Source: Tubiluchus corallicola (taxonomy: Eukaryota; Animalia; Priapulida). Taken from it: DNA of 64,000 nt. The notes under the pieces are model-generated. The model was not told where the DNA came from. It worked only from the letters and a program-made list of their open reading frames with translations, and did not search any database. The stretch is from positions 247,951 through 311,950 of the forward strand of contig JAQGDQ010000268.1 of assembly GCA_030141605.1 (NCBI GenBank), given 5' to 3'. The position numbers and the translations under genes were made by a program. Positions 26,301-41,300 of this stretch are shown here, in pieces. Positions within the stretch are counted from its first letter, which is position 1. Every line of letters begins with the position of its first letter.

Positions 26301-29300
26301 CATATCTATTACAAAATTACGTATTTAAAAATTCTTCTAAAACTACAGTCACATTTGAGATAAAATATTTGTCACGATACAGGGCTTGCTAAAAGTAACA
26401 AGAAACTTACAGCGTCGCACTTTTTCAAGGAAAATGTATGTTCATATTAGCAAATTTTAGCAGAAAAATTGAAAAAACTGCCAATAAGTTTTTGAAATCA
26501 GAGACATACTGACACATAATGCTTGGTAAGCATAAGATATGCAAATAGGCAATATTTCAATTATTACAAGAGAATAAAAACTAGTACTTATTGTAATTAC
26601 ACTGAAAAAAACAACTATAAAACAGAATAAAAATGTCATTGCTTCACATAAAACATAAATGCAACAAACCCTTTGTAAATTAATTATAACAAACTCAGTA
26701 TTATTATTTATATATACAAGGTTTTTATAAACATACTTGCCCTTATATTGCATCAGCCACTTACTAATTATTTCAAACTATTAGTTATAACGTTAATAAG
26801 TTGAAATCTTTTCAAGTTCAAGATTAATCGTCTGGATAAAATTAACCTGCAATTAAAAAAATTTTGGAAAAGTTCAAAAGAAAGGAAAGAAAGGCTAAAA
26901 AATAAGAATAAGCCTGGATTTGAACTGCAGACCTTTGGATTACAAGTCCAATGTCACAACTATGTAGCACCCTGTGATCATGCCAGGTCTTAAATGCAAT
27001 CCTTAGTTCACTAACAATTAATTAATTCAGTGTTTTCAAGTGTTAATTAATCACACTAAATATTTTTCCATTAGATTATTTCTTCACAACTTTTTCACAC
27101 TTTCCCCCCCATCAAGTTTATTTATTCCAGTGTGTCAATTATTGTCTACACATCATTTGAACTCATACAGCAGCTGCCATCACTGTCATGTTGCAAACAA
27201 GTGACCTAAATTGTATGAAGTTAGTAACCGTGATCAGGCAGTACGAAAATTCCGTCTTAGGCCCGTGTCACACAGAGAAAGGCATAAGAAACAAGCCATA
27301 ATCCACGATACGTCAGCTATAAGGTGCCTTCCATCTTCCGTAAGGCGTATATCATAATCTGTGGGATGCTCTTTAGTCTGTGTCAATAGTCAGGCATTTT
27401 GACATATTCCGTTTCAGCAATGCATGCATCTAATTGCAGAAAAAAAGCAATGCACGCATCTAATTGTAGTATTAGAGAAATGTCGTGCTTAAAAATTGGT
27501 TTTTCACTTTTATGAGACCATTCTGTTATTATTATATATTCATACAATATAAATGAATTGTGCACTGTAAAAACCACAAACATGCTAATTATTGCATTAG
27601 CAAACCAAAAAACCACCAAAAAAACCAAACACAAAACAAACAAAAAGAAGATGGCAAAACGGATGGCAAAGGGACCATGGTTAATATACGTTCATTCATG
27701 TGGCAGATTTGTCTCTTTTCGGCTTATGCCTTATGAATTATGTCCAGATCTGTTTGACGTCTTATAGAGATGCAAATAGCTAAACTATGATTGTTAAGTT
27801 AAAAAGCCACTCTGTGGATAATTAGGCTCTAGTAAAACAGTGGCATATACTTCTACAGTCAAAGTATGCAGAATCAGTGAAATAGCAATGCTACAATAAC
27901 TTTCTAAAGCTATAGAGCTTATGTTGACAAGAAATAAAGCAGACATCCAAAAGAAGCCAGTGACAAGTTGGTCAAGAAGCAAAAATCACTAACTTAAGAT
28001 TGAATTTACTGAACCTGGTCAGCATAAAATTGCTACAGGGCTCTCACACCTGTACATTCTCAATCAAAGCTGGTCATATTTATTTATTTCCTTTCATTGA
28101 TTATATATATTTGCAAGAATTACTTGACATGTACGTAACATGTTTCTCAATGGAACCTCTGACATAGCTTCCTTGGTCATCAACAATTAGTTTCCTGTCA
28201 CTGTGAGAGGCATAACTTTTCAGACTACAGCACTCTGTGTACTGCGGTTTTGTTTCACCTACTGTAATTTTGCACAAGTTCTATGCTTAAAATAGATTTC
28301 CTCGGGTAGAATTACAACTTTGGGCCTTTATGTCAAAGACGACTTTTCGTGCAGTTTTTGAACCTTGCTAACATTACACAAAGCACAAAAGTTGCAATCC
28401 TTTTATGAATTTAAACCATGAAATAAATAATGCCTCATTAGACTGAAAAGATTACAAATTAATATATTTGGCTACAATGATGCTATTACTGATAATGACT
28501 GTATCATTCCAGCAATTAGAACTCCATCATTGTTGACAATCTTACTCCAATGTCAAACCACTATTAGTTCACTTTACAAAAAGAGTCACCAAGAAAAATG
28601 AAAAGAAAAAATAAAAAACTCTTTTTCCATAAAAAACTCTTACTGCATTACTCCAACTTATACTCACAACTGTTATTTTTTCTTTCTGCATTTTTGTAAG
28701 CATCATTCCTTTTTTGATAGTACAATTTTTTCTGCAGCAGCATCGAAACAATTATTACTGACAACTTAATAAACAAAAAAATCAGCAAAATCGGCATACA
28801 CGGATAAATTTCATACTTACATCGGTAGTGAATTTTGTCTTCACCGTAAATAAATGCATCCGTTAGAAACACCAACCCTGCATCCTTGAAAATATTTCAA
28901 TGGTGTATATTTTCAAGCTCAAAATATCAGCAAAGCAAAAAGCTAAACATTTTATGAAAACTTCTGAATACTCCGCTTTCAAATAGGCAAAAGCTAGTAC
29001 TGACTTAATAAGACTAAATTAGGCTACTTACTTTGTGAATTGGCTTCTTCACCAATTATATTTCTGGGCTACTAATGCATGCTGGGATAGTACACAGCTA
29101 TTTTCCATACTCATTTGTACTGAGTATTTGAATTACTTAGAATTTTCATTTCAACTGGCTCAAGCCTTTCAAATAAGTAGCTGCTAGACGGTGTAACTTT
29201 ATTTTTGCAAATTCCATCAAAATTCTTAATCTTTTCCGTTAACTAATATGATAAAAATGTTAAAAAGTATAGGTTGTAAGATACATACTTCTATTACTCC

Positions 29301-32300
29301 TGCAGCTGAGCCAGAATTCTGAAACCAGGGCCACCACCTATGTCTCAATAAAGGAACAGGCCTAGGTCCATGTGAATGACTCGAAGTTTTCCCATATTGG
29401 CTCAACTCCTCGATGACCTAACATGGAACAGTTTTAATTTAAATGAACATTCAACTAAATTAATCTGTAAGCAATTTATGCAGAAAAGTATAAAGTTAAT
29501 ACTAATAATGATGATGAATTGATGATAATGATATCTTTGCTCAATATTTTCAGTTTCCTAACCTTTAATGAGAGAAACATGTACATCCAACCATACCTGT
29601 TCCTGTGTGATATCATTTCCAGACTTCAACAGCTGAACACTTTGATCAACTGCTAGAAGACCCACAAATGAATCCGGATCAGTGTCAACTCGAACTGATA
29701 CATCATCTCCGGGTTCTGCTTTCGAGACGTCAAAAGCAACAGTAATCTACAAAGCAACAAAAAATTAGCTTTAATGCAATGTTGATAGCATAGAATTTAT
29801 GAATTTTATGAATTATTAACAGAGTTATGAATTTTGTGCAATTGACAGTTACACTTTGCAGAACAAACAGAGCAAAATCCTATATAAATATTATGACAAA
29901 ATTAAAAGTTTTTTACATAGTTTGCACTAATATAGAAAGACAATTTTTCACAGGATCATAAGTAATCAGAAAGTATGATGCATGCTTGTTTAAGAATGAA
30001 TACACTGAATACTCATGCATACATTAAATGATGAAATGCTGCATTATAAATCCAAATTTTTACTAAAGAAATTTATAAAATGTTTATCCAGCATAGGAGT
30101 ATATATAAATTTCTCTTTCGATAAGGTGACACCTTGCTACATAAACATTTCAGGCATCACAAAATAAAGGGCAGAAAGCTCAAATAAAACAAGCGTAAAC
30201 TGCCTTTCAAAACACTTAATTAAAGTAGTAGCACACTATTACTTTTTGGTCTTACATCATTTTTGAATGCCCCATCGACATCAAACTGTAGACCATCAGC
30301 AATCACTTCATTGTCTTTAACAAAGAAAGCAACAATGTATGCCTCGGGTGACATCTCAGGTGTGACGTCAAGAGTAAACGATGTCATCTTTTTATTACCT
30401 GCATCAAATTTATCAGCCTTCACCATACCACCTTTGCACATTACCTATCAGAAAACAAAAATCCGAAAGCAACAAATGTATCAACGACTAGAATCAACCA
30501 ATAGTATGATTGTTTAATAGATGTAAAGAGCATATATAACAAGACACAAGCTTCACAAGTATAGCATTTAATCAGTACTCTCAATCATGAAATCCCCAAA
30601 AAAACTACAAGCTAAAAGCTGCTACTTTTGAAAAATCAATTAATAAAGCACTCACAAACAAGATAATCCTTTTTTATTTCTAAAATTGATTACTATACTG
30701 GCGTTACCATAACAAGATCACACATGGTAATGCCCTTGAAAACTACACAAACTGTTAATTTTGGCAACTACAAATGGTAAATTAACAAAAAAGGTGAACT
30801 ACAAATGCACGCATTCATTTAAGGTTATGCGTTTAACCGTAAATAAATTTCCTTACTGTTAGATAAACATCATAAGAAAATTCAGCTATCATTTGTACAT
30901 TTACCTGATATGAGAGCAAAGAAATCGGCAGGGTAGAATTAACATTCAGTGTCATTGAATCACCAGCTTTCAACTTGGTTTTCTCTTTAGTAAGCTGCAG
31001 AAATGCATTTGACAAAGACCGAAATGGGGAGACATTGTGACCTTCATCTAGCGCTTCTGCGTGCTTTGCCTGAAATAATGTTATTGTACTAACGACTACA
31101 CATGTAATGACATTATTAATGACGATTAATTATAATTCATTCCATTATTACTTGATAATCTTGAAATGAATCGTAACTAACATCTTAAGCATAAGTAAAA
31201 AATGTGCTAAAGATTGGAAAGCATGCACAGATATCACTGGGCTGCAAACAATATCTCCAAACATTATTCAAAGCTACTTCTCAAAAAACTGTAATAAGCT
31301 CTAGTACTGTAAGCAATAGACAAAAATAGATATAACTCGATTCAGTAAGGTGTGAGCATACACTACAAAAACAAAACCAGATTTTTGGCTTTTAATTTCG
31401 AATCGATTTCGAGATTTTGAATAGAATTCAAATATACAAACAAATTTACTTTAAATTTCCAATCAGTAATAAAAATAATAATGTATGCAAAAAACCACTT
31501 AATTTAACCTTCTGCTTAATAATAATTTAAAAGATTTTGTATAAAGATCGCAGCAAGATTGTGCTGACTGCATGATATTTCCAACACAGCTGAAGTGTTG
31601 AATTATTCAAACCTATAATTTTAGGTTCCTGTCAAACTCAAATTAAAAGAACTTATATGAACTGAATTCGAATATAATTCTATCCATGCACATCCCATAT
31701 ACAGTGCGCAATTCAAAAAAAAATTGTGACACATCTGTAAAGCACATTTCAGAGAGCTCCTTAAGTTGAACTTTGAGCTATATAGAAGAACAAAAACTTA
31801 CAGTAAAAACAATAACTTGAGAGTCCAGAGCGGGATAAACCGTCAACGGTATTACTCCTTCCTCTGGCACTTCGTATTCCATAAAACTAGCAGAGTCCGT
31901 ATAATCAAACTGATACTTTATTTGCATTTTACGAGTGTTTGTTGACGACAAGGGGGAGCCATCTTGTTTTGTTACCTTGAGCTATCAAACAAACAAACAT
32001 CCGTCAAATTATTAGTTACTTAGATTACGACTGTACCTCCTACTGGCATAAGTACAGGTCGCGCTGTTGGGTTGTGTGTTACAAGGAGGAAATCTCGGGC
32101 CTGCTTTGTCGTGTTGAGCTAGTAGCTCAGCTGGCATAGCATGGGAGTACTAACCCCAGTCTCGGTTTCAAATCCCAACTAGTGCACAATTTGTCAGCAT
32201 CTCCTACCTTTCTCCAACTCATTACTCGTAATGGGTATGGGTGATAATTGTTAAAGATAAACTGCAATGATTTATAAACACTGTAGCGATCACAGATAAT

Positions 32301-35300
32301 TTAACTAGCTAATGATATCATTAGTTGCCAGCCAATTCGAGAAAAGTGTTGATATCCATCATTTTAAGTCAACTGTTTCACACAACGAAAACACCAAAAC
32401 TTAGCTTCCATTACAGTGTTAAGACCTGTTTTGACTAGCATTTTTATCGCTGTTAGCAAAATTGCTGCAAAAATGCTCGTCAAAATATCTATTGCTACAG
32501 CGAGAAAAAAGCTCTTGCAAAAAAAACCGCAGAGAAAAATGCTGCAACTCTGGAGCGATAAAAATGCTAGTGAAAACGTTAATTACAGCGAGAAAAAAGC
32601 TTTTGCATCTCGCTACGCCATGAAAATGACAGCGCTGCAGGTTGTGTAATGTGCATGTCATTGATCAACGCTGTATGCATCACAGTGTAGTCTACAATGT
32701 AAGTAAATAACTAGTAAATAACTTCTTGTAGACTTTAGGTTAGTACAAGCATCATTGTATGATGTGTTGATGATTTTGTGTTAATGTAAAGACGTGCATG
32801 TACTGCAGTTCATTGCAAATTGTTGTTTGTACATGCTAAGAAAAACGAGGTGTTTGAGTGGGAAAAATAATAACAGACATGGTTGTAGGCAATGTATTGT
32901 CTACGAATGAATTAAAAAGTAAATACACAGTATACCTGTACAACAATACATGCAGTTATCACGCAGTGACGTCTATTTTCACTGAGCATTAAAAATGCAG
33001 CTAGAACACTGCTAGTGAAAACACTGGAGCATTCTAGAGAATGATATTCATTTTGACTAAGTGTTAAAAACACAGCGATAAATGCAGCGTGAAAACGGGC
33101 CTTTAATAAGCTAGCCCAGAATGCAAAATGTTGGCGAATTGTTACTCGCATGTACCACGCTTACACGAACATTTTGCTCGCAATCAAAACGAATAGATTT
33201 TAGCTAACATGCAGTGTTTCGTGTGATGCCCTTCCTTCAGTTTTTTAAGCCTTTTAACAAGCCAAAATTCTATGAGAAGACAAAACAGAAAGTTTTAAAA
33301 TTGGGTTGACCAATGCTCAGATGAAGTACATGAAGAACAACGACAACTTTTCATTAGTCAGTTCACAAATGGTACAAATGAATCAGAAATATGGCATACC
33401 ATCATTTTTTTAAGTTGATTAACTTTGCATTACGTGTAGTAAATGCAAAACTTTGCACAGGTATTGGTTTAAAATAATTTTGAGTGACATTTGATTCAAA
33501 AATCTGACACCACGTCGTGAAACTTAGTTTTCTTATATCCTTTAAAATGCTTCACTTTAATGTCTGGTTTTTACAATACCTTATTACTGTGCAACAGTCA
33601 CGCCATATTTTGCTTCGGTAGTATTTAATGCAGCACTGAGCTGTTCAAATATTTCATGTATTTTTACAAAACTATTACATTTTACAATATAATGTATTGC
33701 TCATGTAAGTACGAGTACTAAATGCTGGTGCAAAATTGTTGTAATTAAGCACTTTAAAACAGACCCGTAATCAATGAATATCAATTTGTTGTTCATCACT
33801 TTCATCAGCTCCTAAATAAAATACAGCATCTGTGTATATTTATGGGAGTTAAAAACCAATAAAATAACATACATAAACAGTGTAGGCCAATCCTGGTTTA
33901 AAGTACTGTGGTCCAGAAAATTCCATTTTCACATCTCTTTGGTATATTTCTGTAGAAGCTTCTCCTTCAGCTTTCAAACCTTTCACAAAAGAAACCTTAT
34001 ATGACTTATTTTCGTTAAAACATTTTTCATCAAAAAAAAAGATTTATCAGCATTGCTGTATAGGTGCTGAAACTTTCAGAATTGCTAGCAAAAAATTGCA
34101 TTGTCATCAATAAAACAAGTCTGCTTTTGTTACTTTGCACAATTATCTGAGCCAAGTTATACTGTAAGTGTTATGATTACAATTTATTTTACCTGGAAAA
34201 CTTTTTATTTGAACTGAAACATAAATCATCATTTGGTACTACAGTCACTAGGGTAAAAAAACAACCTGTTAACGTCTCCGTCAGCTCGGCTTTGACTTGA
34301 GCTCTCGGATGTGCATATTCGTCAACATCAACACTTACAGAAAAATCTGTCACCCCATTAATCTGCAACAGATCGGCAATAAGGACAACAATAATCAATT
34401 GTTCACAGTTAAGCTAATGTATTCTTGTAGTTTTACAAGTAACCAAATGGTGTTCTAGTGTTAAAGCAAGATATCACAAAACCTTTTCTAGAGAATTATT
34501 TTAAGTTATTAGCATGTACAGCTATAGTTTTTTCAGGAATATCATTATTATCAACATGAAAAATTTCCAAACGGTTGAAAACATATAGCATGAAAGCCAA
34601 GAAATTTAAAGATTTTATGATGAAGATGACGACGATATTCAATAAGTGACTCATAGAGTTTTGCCAATGTATTTTGTGAGATATACTGGTGTGATTAAAT
34701 TAACCAATAGAGTCTCAACACCATTATACATTATGTTAAATTTTTTTGTACATACCAAATATTACTAGATTACTGAGTTTTAAAATAAAGTAATGAATTT
34801 CAAAATTTACCTCCTTTTTAACTGTTTTAATAATTGTATTTTGATAAGATGGTATGGTAATTGTTACCACCAAACTGCCCTTCACGGGTTTTCCATATGT
34901 ATACCTGAATCACATTGAAAACAGTGATTAGAATATCACTCTATATAATTTGTACTTCAAAAACAAGTACGCATTCTGCATAATTAGTTACTTATAGATC
35001 AAGCTCATAGTGTTTCAAAAAAAAAGATTATTGATGTTTTTACTGTTTAATCACTTTAACTCACTTTGCTTCAACAGTTCCAGTGGCTTGAAAACTTTTA
35101 CCAAGATAATACGGCGGCAGATTGACCTTAACTTCAAATTTTGGCAAAACTGAAAGAGATACACTCGATAACCTTTCAATACAAAACCACTAGGGTATCA
35201 CTCTATTTTTGCCTCATTCAAAACAGAAATTAAAGGAAAACGGGATGAGTTTCCCGACGTTACTCTATTTTGAAGTACTATAAAAAGTACACCATTTAAC

Positions 35301-38300
35301 ACCTACAATAATGCCAACGTATTTATGATAATTAAATAATAGCTTGAAAGCTTAATTAACTCAATGCAAAAATTGAAAAACAATGCTACTGTACAACATT
35401 GACTGTGATGTACAAAAACTTAACAAACGTATGTTTATATATTTAAATTTCAAGCTTAACTCTGTACAATCACCATGTGATTTTGACGAAAATGTGTAAT
35501 TAGTCAGAACTGAATTGCCTATATTTTGCGCATCGTATTTCGGTGATGCAGGCACTGTGTTGATCTAACTACCGAATGATGAAATACATGTAACAGGGTG
35601 CGAACGTGAAATTAAAGTTCTGTTGTAATAATTCTTTCATGCAAGTCATTCTCAAAATACCATTACGATCGCTTTCAAAATTTCGTACATTATATTATTT
35701 TGAGTTATAAGTTAAAATTGGATCCTGTTCCCCTTTAAACAAGCTAATAAATGCTTTTTATCAATGATTAGTAACTTGCACTCATTATTTAACAGAAACT
35801 ATACAGAGAATTTCACCGCATAAATGCATATCAAAATGCAAACAAAACCCGCATGACAATAACAAAGCTTAAGTAGAAATAGGCACCAATAAATTAATAC
35901 TATTATAACTACTAAAAATGCACATGGAAATACAAAAGTACAGTAATACGCACATAGAAGCAATCATACCTACCATACTCATCTACTGTGAATATTTTCT
36001 CTTCAGATTCCTCCTACAAAATAAAATAATTTTATGGTTTCAAAACAATGCCAAAAGAAATAAAAATGCCTGACTTCAAATCACATATTTCAAAAGCCAA
36101 AATAACAGAAATTTCAAATGCAAAAAGAAATCTCAAATGTGAGGGGTAAATAAAAAAATCTGTTATCATTTGATACCAACATAATGCATGAACCATAATG
36201 ACGTATATTGCCCTTTTCCATGTGTCTGCGAATGATATGTGAATTATTTAAGCTCATGGCCATTTTTCTGCCATTTTTAGTGCTGTTTATGAAAATTGGA
36301 AGTAGTAATTCTTGGAAACCATGTTATTGTAGTCTTTTATTACCGTTTGTTTGACAATCATTTGATAGTACATTGCGTTGGTAAGAAAAAACACTGTCCT
36401 GCAGGTTTGGTGCTCGACGTCTGTTTATTTTAAGTTGACTCACTTTTCCAACTTCACTGTTCCAAACATATTACCATGACAAAAGATATGTGATGAGAGA
36501 TAAGTTTTTCCAATGAGCCACGTTTGCCAGAAAGTTACTGCTCATGTGTCAGCTTTTTTCATTATATTTTTTAACAGCCAACACTTCACTAAACCAGGAA
36601 GCTTTTTTAGCTAGATGACATTTCATGAGCTACCACTTGGTACAAGCAATTACTAAGTCAATGTCCTAGTGGTGACAGTTTGTACAAAACAAGCAGAAAA
36701 AAGAGAAATCAATAACCCTATAACAACCATGCTGTAGTCAAAATTTTAGCACGACCATGATCATTAATTTCAGAAATAAATAACTATTGCATGACGTTAC
36801 TTTTTTATTGTACCACTAGATGGAAAAGAAAGCATAAATTGCATGTACAACACTTTGCAATGGACACAATAATACAGAGTAACAGAGCGTATCACTATCG
36901 AACCAGAAAGAACAAAATCTGTCTGTCAAAAACTCAATTGAAGAAGTATTACCGTGCAAAAGTCTTAACTCATATTCACTGGATCAGGAAGCTAATCATA
37001 CCTCATCCCTGAAAATGGTTACTGGAAACTTGAAAACTGAATAAATAACATAGGCAATGGCAACATACCCTCTGGGCACTGCTGCATGATGCATATGCGT
37101 GATGCAGCTTTTGCATTCGCTTTTGGATGCATACGGAGGGATCATGCATCAAGCATCAGGTATTGCAGATTATGTATACATGGAACCACTTCCATACGTC
37201 TGAATACAAACTGTTTACACTTTATGCATCACGTGAATTATTAGCACATAGAATCTTACTTATAACTAAGGCAATGGTGTTAGCAAGTGCTTGTGGCGCC
37301 AGGGGCAGAAAAACTTCTGGTGTCCCACCCCTTTAACGTTTTGACCATTTGTTTCATGGGCGAAGCCACAAATTGAGTGCGTTTTCTGCGTCCAAGAGCC
37401 CGACCTTCCAGTTGCGACATGATGGGGTAAAGATAAACAAATAAGAATTACCCTGAATTTGATTTGCGGTACTGCACCAGAGTAACTCTTTTTATGTAAT
37501 AGTTGCGCCTAACACGACGGTCCTTAAACTTTCAGCTCCAGCATGAAAACATGCAAAAATCATGAAAGATACAGAATACTACAGGTTTTCACAATAAAAA
37601 AATCGGCATTTAGAGAAACGCCACTGTTTCTCCCAAAATTATTGATCTGCTAAACCACACGACACCCTACACACATTATCTTTAAGTAACAACATTAGCC
37701 TCTTTTCTAGACTGTATATAGTAATTAAGTCATCTATGAACTTTTGTTAGTTGTTTTGCTATTGTCAGATTAGTAATTAATAATTAACAGTCATTGAATG
37801 CTTGACAAATTTTGCACCCTCTCACCCTTACAGCCAGGGGCGATTGCCCCCTGTCGCTCCCACCTTGCTACGCATCTGACATAAGTCAGAAATGCAGTTG
37901 CACTGAAACACAATAACGTACTTCAACAAACTATTATTACTCGAGGTTGACACAAAGACAAGTCAAAACTAAAACTCTGGGCACTTAATTATGACGATAC
38001 ACGTTACATTAGAAATACGATAATTGATTTATGCTAATTTTAGCTGCACGATTTTGTTACCCAAACAGGTACGACCACAAACAATTTAGCAAAAGAATTT
38101 ATGCTTGCTGAGCAAAAAGTGAACTTACACTCAAGTCAACTTGAACTTTCCAGTCACCCAAGACTGGCTGATCAGAAAGTTCCATCTGAAAAGTAGCAAC
38201 ACCACGTTCTAACTCCATGTCGCTCCACTGCTTGATCCGGTTTCCACTTGGGTCCTACAAAATGAATACTATGCAGTTATTCTGCATTCACTTCAAGATT

Positions 38301-41300
38301 TTCATAGCTCCTGCATGAACATTCAACTGTACAAAACAGACCCTAGTAACTAGGAAAAGTTCACGCTCGGAATAAAATTTTTGAGACCAGTTGTCGTGTA
38401 ATTTAAGGTGGCAACGACAGTCCAATCATGACGTATTCGGCTAGTTATTGTTCACAAATTTGGTAATCTTAATTCGGTTCTATAAGTTCCGCATTCTCTT
38501 TATACAATCCACACACTGGAAACCAACAGAAGGGTCTACTCAATTTGAGTGGATGTGGTGAGAACAGAACCTGGCTCTTTGTCACGGCAATGACTCTAAG
38601 ATGCACTGCTGAACCAGCAGAGGTGTTTAGTAATATTTGGATGTATACTGATCTTCGCTTATGAAGTAACAGCCAGACTATAACAGTGTAGTTGCTAACT
38701 TTGGTTGCTAACCACAACATAGACTCAGGGCAGAAAATGTAACTTTATAAAGTATTCCAAAACTGTCCACACAAAGTTATATTACCTAGCATTCTAGCAT
38801 TATACTTACCTGCTTGAAAGTTTTATGTAACTAAAAAATAAAATTATTAGTTATTTAAAATGTTCACATCAACTAGGGATATCATGAATCTGATAATACC
38901 GAACCCAAATCTACAATGAATGTCATATTCATAATAATTTTCAAACCCGGATCAAATGCAAATGTCAGTTTAAAATAATTTTCGAATCCGGATCGAATCC
39001 AAATCTTGGTTTAAAATAATTTTCGAATCCGGATCGAATCCAAATCTCAGTTTAATCGAATCTCAATTTTTCAGATTGTTCTTTCAATCGAATTTTTTTC
39101 GAATCTATGCAGTTTTCAGCAGAATCGTTTTCAGCATTATAGCAGACTGGTAAGACAGCAATGTTTTTCACGAAAATTAAAGACGACCTATCTGAGCAGC
39201 ACAGGATTTGAGGATTTTGCCGCAAATTTTAAAGGTAAATGAGCGTATAATGCCTTTATAATAAAGTGTTACTGAATCACTTCTGTAGCCGAAGCTAAAC
39301 CGAATTTTTTTCAAAAGTTTTATGGTGAATCAGGTCGGATCAAAGGTAACTTAGAACGTCAACAAATCGAATCGGATTAAAGCGCTGATTCGGATTCGGT
39401 TTCGAAACTCCGGTTCTGTCGGAGCTTTGTGACATCCCCAAAGCCAACTAGTAAAATGTCACCGACTCACCTTCCCGGTGTGCACCACTGACTTTCCAAA
39501 AACGTTTTTCAATCTTGCTGACAAGATAAGTAATTTATACTTTTGCTGTCGTAGTGAAGTGCGAGCTACGAATGCTCTGATTATTTTTTCAAATTTTGCG
39601 CATTGTTATCTACACTGGTTTCTACCGACAAAATGGCTGCACTTTATGATTATGACAGGAGTTTAAATTTTCGTGTTTTATACAGGGTTGTTGCTTCTAC
39701 AAGCTCTGTGCACAATAAGGTAGTATGTAGGTGTTACAAAATTTCAAGATAAATTTTTAGTTTTATTTATGAAGAGTATTTTCTTGTGCTTTAAGAGGTG
39801 CAGGCCCATACTGCAAATAATTATGGTGGGCCATCAAGCTCCCAGTAATGAACATTTGAATAAACATGAATGAACATGCCAGCCTCTATCACCGATGTTC
39901 GAAATACATGATTTGTTTTCATCACTGTTTGACCACATTTCCTAGACTAGAAAATGTCCTATTATGTTTGTAATACTAAACTTATTTGTAGGCCTAGGTA
40001 ACATAACATTGCATTTTAACTTACCAAAATGTTAACGTCGAGTTGACCCGTAGCAGGGAGTAAATCCGGATTGATACCAATTACACGAAAATGCACTAGA
40101 AATTAGATTTTAATCAATACAATAATTTTTTGTAAAGTAAAAAGTTGTTTATAAAGCAAAACTTAGCTATGCAATCTATATTAATGGAGTATTTAAATTG
40201 AATAATAATAAATGCATTTGAGCTTATAACATTTAATGACAGTTACTAATTCATTTTGCTTTACTACTGATGACGACAATTCTAATACCGCTAACATATT
40301 TTATAGATAAGCATGATATTCGCCTACTACTGAAAACTTAATATGTTCTGCTTATTATTGCATTAAGTGTCAACATAAACACAGTGTTCCAAAAAAAAAC
40401 CTGCAAAAGAAATAAGACAAATTCTAACAAAACCAACCTGAATTTCTGCATTATAATTGACTTTAAATATTACGTTTTTTACCCTCTTATGCCAATTTTT
40501 GTTTCCTGTAATTTGGTACTGGAGTATGTATAGTGTAATATCTGTAAGCTTAATTTAAAGCATTTACTTGTCCACCTTTTTGTTTTGAAACACCCCGCCA
40601 TTATGCACATATGTGCTAGACACACTTTGCTGAAAGAAAACTGCAAGATGCAAAATACAGCACATTTGAGCTGTTTGCAGATACAATACACAGCAAAGTT
40701 TCTATCACTGGATAGGTAAAACCTCTAATCTTACATTATAGCTCAAATACTATAGATTATGTTCATGTTTGTACATATTTATTACTCACAATAAACAAGT
40801 GCACATACTTGACCTATCTGATGTTTAGTAAACTTTCAATGTAATTCTTACCCATTTGTCCAGCTTTGTAAATGGCTTTGTCAGTCTGTATGAATAATGA
40901 ATGTTCTTTGTTGGAAAAGCTGAGAATGCTGTCATTTGTGAATGACCTAGATGGACTGTTTCCTGACACACGCAGGAAATAGTCACCAGATGTCAAGTCT
41001 TTTAGCTCCAGAGACATGATGGATGATTCTCCTATTTTGCAAACAATAATACGTTTGTTAAGTCAGCAAGAGTGGAATGCCATTGTCCCACAAGTGCGAC
41101 ACTTAAATCTATGAACATTATACATTTTTGACAAAGCACTTTGCCTTGTCCGTAATGTAGCTTAAAATGTGGACACATCTGTTAATATGAATTTTTCCAT
41201 TTTTTAAATTTTAGTATTTTGCCAATTTGCTGTTAGAATAGGTTATAACGTTCGTGTGTTTTCCAAGGCCACTAATCATACCACCAAATGAAAGCCCACA

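Noticed and set aside
29032-29068. 37-nt phase 0->1 exon candidate with a gtaagt donor, as an alternative to exon 28821-28884
   Set aside because: Its acceptor lies in actatcccagcatg.attagtag, a dispersed repeat also present near 44215-44237, and it has no polypyrimidine tract.
32116-32186. Functional tRNA gene
   Set aside because: Acceptor and T stems pair poorly; better explained as a SINE head or pseudogene.
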